This document shows, in pieces, positions 58,520 to 64,000 of a stretch of DNA of 64,000 nucleotides (position 1 is the first letter of the stretch; every line of letters begins with the position of its first letter). The position numbers were made by a program, and so were the translations under genes. The notes under the pieces are model-generated. The model searched no databases. It was not told where the DNA came from and saw nothing but the letters and a program-made list of their open reading frames with translations. Source of the DNA: Gemmatimonadota bacterium (GTDB lineage Bacteria; Gemmatimonadota; Gemmatimonadetes; Palauibacterales; KS3-K002); the NCBI GenBank assembly GCA_039586795.1, contig JBDHJS010000002.1:96001-160000 (forward strand), in the 5' to 3' direction.

Positions 58520-59598
58520 TGGCCGGCCTCCGTGCGGGCAGTTTGCGGAGTGGCGAACGGTGGATGCCAATCGACTTTGCGCACGTCAGCTACGGGTTGC
58601 CCGTCGACGAGCGACGGTGCCGGATTCCGCACCATGAGGCGATCGGGTCCGGGGCCAGCCAGTAGCTCTATCGCTTCACCGACTTGCTCTCCCAGCCGAA
58701 CCCAGCGTAGTCGAAGCTCTTCGTGCTCGACAACAAAGACACCACGCAACTGCCCGCGACTCACGACCACGTCGGTTGGGATCCAGCGCGTCGTTGAAGC
58801 CGGCTCATCGAGCTCTATGCGTACGAACGTGCCCGGGGGCATGCCCTGCAGCGCCCTGGTCTCTGATTCGAAGCGAGCCTCGATTCTGAAGCGCCGACTG
58901 GATCGCTCGAGGGCCGGCGCGGCGCGGCTGATTCGCGCGGAGTAGCGAGCGCCGGATTCGGGCTGGTAGACCCCGATCAGGTCCCCGACCGCTACCCGAC
59001 CCGCTAGCTCGCCGGGAAGGTCCGCTTCGATCTTCAGGTCACCCGACCCGATCATCTCGAGCACAGGCATACCGGGTACGGTTAGGTTGCCGGGATCGGC
59101 GTGCCGCGCTGTGATGACCCCGGAGAACGGTGCCCGTAGGACGACGTAGGCGAGCTGCGCCCTCGCGTCACGTAGCGCAGCATCCGCCATCTCCAGTCGA
59201 GCACTCGCGTCGTCGAGCTCCTGGGCTGTGGCGGCTCCGTCTTCGGCGAGGGCCGTAATCCGTTGGTGCCATTGACGGGCCAGTTGTGCGGACGCCTCGG
59301 CGCTGGCGATGCGCGCATCGACATCACGCTTGTCGAGTCTGACGAGCGCTTGCCCCTCCGTGACATCTGCGCCGATGTCCACGGCCACGCTACGTATCGT
59401 GCCGGCGATCCTGGTCGCCAGCTGCGCCTGCCGCGTCGCTACGACCGACGCAGGTGCGGTGGTGACCGCTGTGCCCGACGCCGAGGTCGATGCAGAAACG
59501 GCGACCGGCTCAGAGCTCGCTGGCAGTTCACCGGGCTCTCCGCCACAGGCGGCGGCGCCGATTGTCAGTAACGCGATCATTCCTGTTATCCGCTTCAT
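58516..59598 (-). CDS. RND periplasmic adaptor (membrane fusion protein)
   Basis: Lipobox AAAC; lipoyl-like half motifs, LRAPFSGVI, PGTFVR. Confidence 0.92.
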   Translation of the reverse strand: MKRITGMIALLTIGAAACGGEPGELPASSEPVAVSASTSASGTAVTTAPASVVATRQAQLATRIAGTIRSVAVDIGADVTEGQALVRLDKRDVDARIASAEASAQLARQWHQRITALAEDGAATAQELDDASARLEMADAALRDARAQLAYVVLRAPFSGVITARHADPGNLTVPGMPVLEMIGSGDLKIEADLPGELAGRVAVGDLIGVYQPESGARYSARISRAAPALERSSRRFRIEARFESETRALQGMPPGTFVRIELDEPASTTRWIPTDVVVSRGQLRGVFVVEHEELRLRWVRLGEQVGEAIELLAGPGPDRLMVRNPAPSLVDGQPVADVRKVDWHPPFATPQTARTEAGQ

Positions 59599-59602
59599 AT
59601 CC

Positions 59603-60940
59603 TTAGCTCACTGTGTTGACTTGTGACCGTACAAACTCGAGTTGGGCGACTGCGATATGGTAGGCGGCGAGTGCTATTATCGAGCGCTCCCGCATTCCAG
59701 TGGCTCGCGCCTCGGCCTGAAGTAGATCCGCGGCGGTCGCCAGGCCTTCGTCGAAGCGCCTCCTCATCAGTTCTCTGCCTGAATCTGCCGCTGTCGAGGC
59801 GGCGCTCGTCGCGGCTACCGCTTCACTGGCGGCCTGGACGGCGCGTTCGGCTTGGTCCAGTTCCGCTCGCGCATCCTTGACGGCTTTCTCGTACTCGATC
59901 TCCGCAACGTGCCGTTCCAACTCGGCGCGCTGGATCTCGGATGTCCGAGCGAATCCGGAGAAGACAGTCCAGCGGAGGGCGAGGCCTACGGTCCAGTTGT
60001 TGGCGTCGAATCCGAGGGCGTCGCTGCTGTGCGTGGCCAGCTCCGCGAACGCATCGAGCGCCGGGATCCACGCGAACGAAGCGCGAGACTTCGCCTTCGA
60101 AGCCGCCTCGGCGGCCGCCTCACGGGCCTTGATGTCGGCTCGGGCTCGCGGGTCGAAGACGCGTTCTGTGATGTCGGTCGGCGCCGTCAGAGTGTCGGTC
60201 AGGACGGGTCGTAGCTCCGGCCCCCAGCCGAGGTGAAGGGCTAGATCTTCCAGTGCATTGAGCCGCAGGCTGGACGCCTGGGCCACTGCTGCACGTGCCG
60301 CCGCCATCTCGGCCTCTGCCTGGAGCAGGTCGGCGTCGGTGAGCAAGCCTCGCTCGTGCCGCCGCGCGAATGAGGCGAGCGTCGCCTCGGCTGCGTAGAG
60401 GGCCGACTCGGCCGCCGCCTGTTGAGCCGTCGCGGTCAGCGCTCGGTAGTACAGCATCCGCGTCATCAGCACCGTGGCCTCGCGAGCGCGTACCGCGGCC
60501 CACTCCGCCGCCTCTGCCTGGCGTGCCGCCGACGAACTCCCGGCCCAGATCGTCGGGTCGAGCAAGCTCCAACGCAGGCCGATGCGCGCCGACCAGTCGT
60601 TTATAGGGTCGGGATTGTTGAGCGCATCGAGATCGAAATCGTCGGCCCCGAACGTGCCCTGTCGCAGCTTGGTGCCGAAGACGAAAACGGGGTCCGAGGA
60701 CCGAACGTAGCTGCCGCCGGCCATGATCTGGGGCCAGAGCGGCGCCGCCGCGGACTTCTTGTGCTTGTCGGCTATCTTACGGCGCGCTTCGGCGACCGCC
60801 AGGTCGCTGTTTCCGGCTAGCGCCTCCTCGATCGCCTGATCGAGGGAGAGTTCCCGGACGCTGGACGTCTGGGCGAAGGCGCTGGCGGCGAAGACGAGCG
60901 TCAGAAGGAGAGCAAACGGTAATTTCATTAGAGTATTCAT
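59603..60940 (-). CDS. TolC-family outer-membrane efflux protein
   Basis: LSLDQAIEEALAGN; two helical repeats ending G..T..DLL.AEA. Confidence 0.9.
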   Translation of the reverse strand: MNTLMKLPFALLLTLVFAASAFAQTSSVRELSLDQAIEEALAGNSDLAVAEARRKIADKHKKSAAAPLWPQIMAGGSYVRSSDPVFVFGTKLRQGTFGADDFDLDALNNPDPINDWSARIGLRWSLLDPTIWAGSSSAARQAEAAEWAAVRAREATVLMTRMLYYRALTATAQQAAAESALYAAEATLASFARRHERGLLTDADLLQAEAEMAAARAAVAQASSLRLNALEDLALHLGWGPELRPVLTDTLTAPTDITERVFDPRARADIKAREAAAEAASKAKSRASFAWIPALDAFAELATHSSDALGFDANNWTVGLALRWTVFSGFARTSEIQRAELERHVAEIEYEKAVKDARAELDQAERAVQAASEAVAATSAASTAADSGRELMRRRFDEGLATAADLLQAEARATGMRERSIIALAAYHIAVAQLEFVRSQVNTVS

Positions 60941-60973
60941 ATTTGTGTATGCGTCGCGGTAAATGAAAACCGG

Positions 60974-61279
60974 TCACGTCGAACAATGGTCATGAATACA
61001 ATCTATGACGTGGGTGATCCGGGGGTCGATGATCCGGTAGTGCACGTTCACACCGTCGCGGCGGCTTGCCAGTATACCCTTGTCGCGCATGAGGTTAAGG
61101 TGCTGGGAAGCCACGGCCTGCTCGATGCCCAGCGTCTCATAGATGGTCGTGACGTTGAGCTCGCCGGACGTGTCCAGCAGGTTGATGATCTGCAAGCGGA
61201 TCGGATGACCGATGCACTTGAGCATCGCTGCCGCGGCCTGAACGGAGTCACTGTCTAGGGTCTTGGACTTTTCTGTCAT
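60974..61279 (-). CDS. ArsR/SmtB family transcriptional repressor
   Basis: LKCIGHPIRLQI, SQHLNLMR..GIL..RRDG; RBS GGAGG. Confidence 0.92.
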   Translation of the reverse strand: MTEKSKTLDSDSVQAAAAMLKCIGHPIRLQIINLLDTSGELNVTTIYETLGIEQAVASQHLNLMRDKGILASRRDGVNVHYRIIDPRITHVIDCIHDHCST

Positions 61280-61303
61280 GGGTTGCCTCCTGGCATGCGC
61301 TCA

Positions 61304-61331
61304 AAGATATATAGATATACATATGTGTCAA
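61304..61331 (-). promoter_or_regulatory. Sigma70 promoter overlapped by a probable ArsR operator
   Basis: Minus strand TTGACA-N16-TATCTT containing the dyad ATAT-N8-ATAT. Confidence 0.65.
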
Positions 61332-61458
61332 CCCCTGGGCCAATCAGCGGGATCGGCCTGAACCGCTGAACCCGGTAATCCCAAAATCCCTGAATGTCCT
61401 CCCTTGCCTGTCTCTCCCGGCACGCCGAAGATTAGGCAGGCCAACCTGGTAAGCCGAC

Positions 61459-61869
61459 ATGGAGGCGATCGTGGACATCAAGCCGAACCGGCTGGTTCAT
61501 CTGGGGTACGGGAAGTACTGGCGTTCTGATCAGATCGTCGGTCTGGTGCCGATTGAAGATGATCGCGGCCCCGGGCGGCGCACCTACGTTTACGTGGCGA
61601 CGGAGTCAGAGCCCCACGTGGGGTCGCGGTCGGAGGAAGCGATACGTAGAGAGATGGCGGTGAGTGAAGAGGAGTTCAGGGTGGGCGAGCTGCGGAATGC
61701 GGCGGCGGAGTTACTGGAAGAAATAACCGATCTCTCACCTGTCCTGCGGCGGATGCTTCTGCACGAAGGCGGAATCGATATGCGCAGCTGGGAGCAGCGT
61801 CTGCGAGCTCTTCTGGGCCAGGAGGAAGCCCAGGCTGGTCAGGAAGAGCTATTCGGCCGGGAGATGTGA
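61459..61869 (+). CDS. Hypothetical protein, N-terminus RemA/DUF370-like
   Basis: LVHLGYGKYWRSDQIVGLVP followed by a helical C-terminus. Confidence 0.6.
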   Translation: MEAIVDIKPNRLVHLGYGKYWRSDQIVGLVPIEDDRGPGRRTYVYVATESEPHVGSRSEEAIRREMAVSEEEFRVGELRNAAAELLEEITDLSPVLRRMLLHEGGIDMRSWEQRLRALLGQEEAQAGQEELFGREM

Positions 61870-61962
61870 GCTGCCCGTATAAGCAAGAGCCCTTCCTTCG
61901 ATTCATGACCGGCTTATCCGGCCGGGCGGACCCATCAGGGTGATGCAACTAATCCAGAACCC

Positions 61963-63747
61963 GTGGCGGAGAAAGCTGTGAGACGCCTGGCGCTTCTCAT
62001 ACCAATATTGCTGGGTGTGTGGGTCACGGCAGCACACGCGCAGGATGATGCTGAGTGCCCGGACGGTCGGGTAGCCAGCATCACGGTTGTCAGGTATCCA
62101 GTATTTGGGGGGGAAGAATCACGAGACAGCGCTAGCGGCATCGAGCGCGCTGCCATCGACGTAGCGGACTTCGTTCACACCGAGACCAAAGAAGCATTCA
62201 TCCGCCGCGAGTTACTGTTCGAGGTGGGGGACTGTGCGGACCGCCTCAGGCTGTCGGAGAGCGAGCGCATCCTTCGTTTGTATCGCTTCCTCGAGGCGGC
62301 ATCGGTCGAGGAGGAGCCTCGGCCTGATGGGGATGTGGACGTGACGGTAACGACCACGGACGATTGGTCATTGAGGCTCGAGCCCCGGTTCAACTTCGGC
62401 GAGGGCATCGCGTTCGGCGGCGTAAGCCTGGCGGAAACGAACTTCATGGGGCGGGGGCGCACCCTGGAGCTAGCGTACTTGATCCGTGACGGTACGGACG
62501 ACTGGGTGTTTCGCTACGTCGACCCGCAGGCCTTCACCACGCTCTGGAATCTCGAACTTGCGGCGATTCGAGGTAAACCTGGGTGGATCTTCCTCGGGTC
62601 GATCGCTTACCCTTTTAGAGGTCTGGTGGGGAGATGGGCCGCCTTTCAGAACGCCTTCTACGGCGAAGACGACTTCCGCTACTTCGTGGGGGATGACACA
62701 GAGGATAGGTTGGATCTGCGGTTGCCGACGCTGCGGAGAACCTTTGGAATGGGTGGGGCACTCCGAACGAAAGGAGCGGTGCGAGGCCGAGCGGCCCGGT
62801 TGATATCCTACGGTTTCGTTGCCACGTATTTCTCGACGGAGTACGGAACGGAGTTTTTGGCGGATAGTATCCGTAGTATCATCGATTCCTTACCAGCGCC
62901 CCCCGATTTTCGAACCACAGCTTCTCTCGTCCCCATTGACGCGTTGCGGCTGAGCGCGGTTGGCGGTCTCAGAGTACTGGATTACGTGCAACAGACGGGA
63001 GTCATAACATTGCGGGGTGTTGAAGACATCCCGTTGGGCGGAGCCATCGATCTACTCGCCGGAGTGGCTCCGCAGTGGTTCGGGACATCGGATTCGCACA
63101 TGCTTCTGGGACTCGATCTGTATGGCGGATCCCGGGTGTGGGGAAGCTGGTATTCGATTCTGCGTGCGAACGGCGAAGCTTGGAATGACCTCGACACTGG
63201 TGGTTGGCGGGATGTGTTGACGACGGCAGAGTGGAACAACTTCTGGATCATGAACTCGACCTTCACGAGTGAGGTGAAGGCCAGCTTCAGCGCTGGTTGG
63301 CGAACAACGGTGCCCTTCCAGCTGACCCTGGGTGGTCCGGAGAAGATTGCCGGCTATACGTTCGATCGTTTTCCTGGTGGCTTGCGTTTCGCGGCTCGCG
63401 TCGAGAGCCGGCAGAACCTGACGCGCCTTGGCAGGCTGATGGACCTGGGCAGCTTCGTGAACCTCGATGTGGGTCAGATGTGGGCGAACGGAGCGCTGTT
63501 TGGAGTCGACTCCGATCTGCGGGGCTCGGTGGGCATCGGAATCCGCTTCGCGGCACCCTCGGGCAGTCGCCAGGCCTACCGGCTGACCATCGGCATCCCG
63601 TTCGAGCGAGACCTGCAGTTTCGTAATCTGGTCTTCTCTTTCAGTCTCGACCGTCTCTTGCAGATCGAAGGACGGCAACCGCTGGACCCACAGGTGTTCC
63701 GCAGCCGCGATCCCGCCATTCTCGACGCGAGGCGATACCTGAAGTGA
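61963..63747 (+). CDS. Omp85/TamA-like outer-membrane protein with a POTRA domain
   Basis: Signal peptide; T.E.FIRRELLF..GD...ESERILR, ETNFMGRG; beta-barrel ending GSVGIGIRF. Confidence 0.75.
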   Translation: MAEKAVRRLALLIPILLGVWVTAAHAQDDAECPDGRVASITVVRYPVFGGEESRDSASGIERAAIDVADFVHTETKEAFIRRELLFEVGDCADRLRLSESERILRLYRFLEAASVEEEPRPDGDVDVTVTTTDDWSLRLEPRFNFGEGIAFGGVSLAETNFMGRGRTLELAYLIRDGTDDWVFRYVDPQAFTTLWNLELAAIRGKPGWIFLGSIAYPFRGLVGRWAAFQNAFYGEDDFRYFVGDDTEDRLDLRLPTLRRTFGMGGALRTKGAVRGRAARLISYGFVATYFSTEYGTEFLADSIRSIIDSLPAPPDFRTTASLVPIDALRLSAVGGLRVLDYVQQTGVITLRGVEDIPLGGAIDLLAGVAPQWFGTSDSHMLLGLDLYGGSRVWGSWYSILRANGEAWNDLDTGGWRDVLTTAEWNNFWIMNSTFTSEVKASFSAGWRTTVPFQLTLGGPEKIAGYTFDRFPGGLRFAARVESRQNLTRLGRLMDLGSFVNLDVGQMWANGALFGVDSDLRGSVGIGIRFAAPSGSRQAYRLTIGIPFERDLQFRNLVFSFSLDRLLQIEGRQPLDPQVFRSRDPAILDARRYLK

Positions 63748-64000
63748 GTTCAGGCCGCACCGCGTATCGGGCGAGATGGGTCATACCCGTCACCTCTCAG
63801 CCGATTGAGAACGGTGTGGTGTGTGTGGCGCAGGACGGTCTGATCGAGGCGGTAGGCAGCGCCAGCGAGATCGACACCAGCGGGGCGCGTGTCGTCGATT
63901 TGAGGGAATCGGCTATCATGCCAGGTTTGGTGAACGTGCACGCTCACCCCGAGCTCACCGTGCTGCGCGGCACGATCGAGGATCTTCCTTTCACCGACTG
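63744..64000 (+). CDS. Amidohydrolase (MtaD/SsnA-like deaminase), 5' part only; not in the ORF track
   Basis: GTG overlapping the upstream TGA; manual translation MSSGRTAYRARWVIPVTSQPIENG...AIMPGLVNVHAHPELT contains the PGxxNxHxH metal motif. Confidence 0.85.
   Translation, partial: MSSGRTAYRARWVIPVTSQPIENGVVCVAQDGLIEAVGSASEIDTSGARVVDLRESAIMPGLVNVHAHPELTVLRGTIEDLPFTD

Noticed and set aside
1..64000. Selenoprotein or stop-codon recoding, pseudogenes, prophage
   Set aside because: All recognised genes appear full length under the standard code, and I saw no split domains or phage or integrase genes.

Overview
A GC-rich, gene-dense bacterial chromosome segment with about 52 CDSs, mostly on the minus strand. 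The gene repertoire (ECF sigma + Ser/Thr kinase-TPR pair, DUF5916-type outer-membrane protein, M14 peptidase, TonB receptor, orphan GvpL/F) suggests a Gemmatimonadota-like diderm; this is inference only. I see no rRNA, tRNA, CRISPR array, transposase, integrase or phage genes. Recognisable blocks: an lgt-like gene, kinase, ECF sigma and lipoprotein; HNH and priA; a peptidase/methyltransferase/HDAC/NurA-like run; a TonB receptor downstream of a ThDP enzyme + GMC oxidoreductase operon; a radical SAM + PAP2 pair; psuG; a sigma-70; an ABC exporter; a radical SAM + degenerate metallophosphoesterase pair; malic enzyme with a Na+-pumping decarboxylase operon (birA-oadG-oadA-oadB) and a divergent Na+/solute symporter; and an ArsR-led TolC/MFP/RND operon. 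The most unusual signal is non-coding: at least six intergenic elements made of degenerate 6-, 7- or 8-nt tandem repeats followed by their reverse complement. Four sit at convergent gene junctions and several supply the stop codons of the flanking genes. All product calls come from motif recognition by eye; no searches were run.
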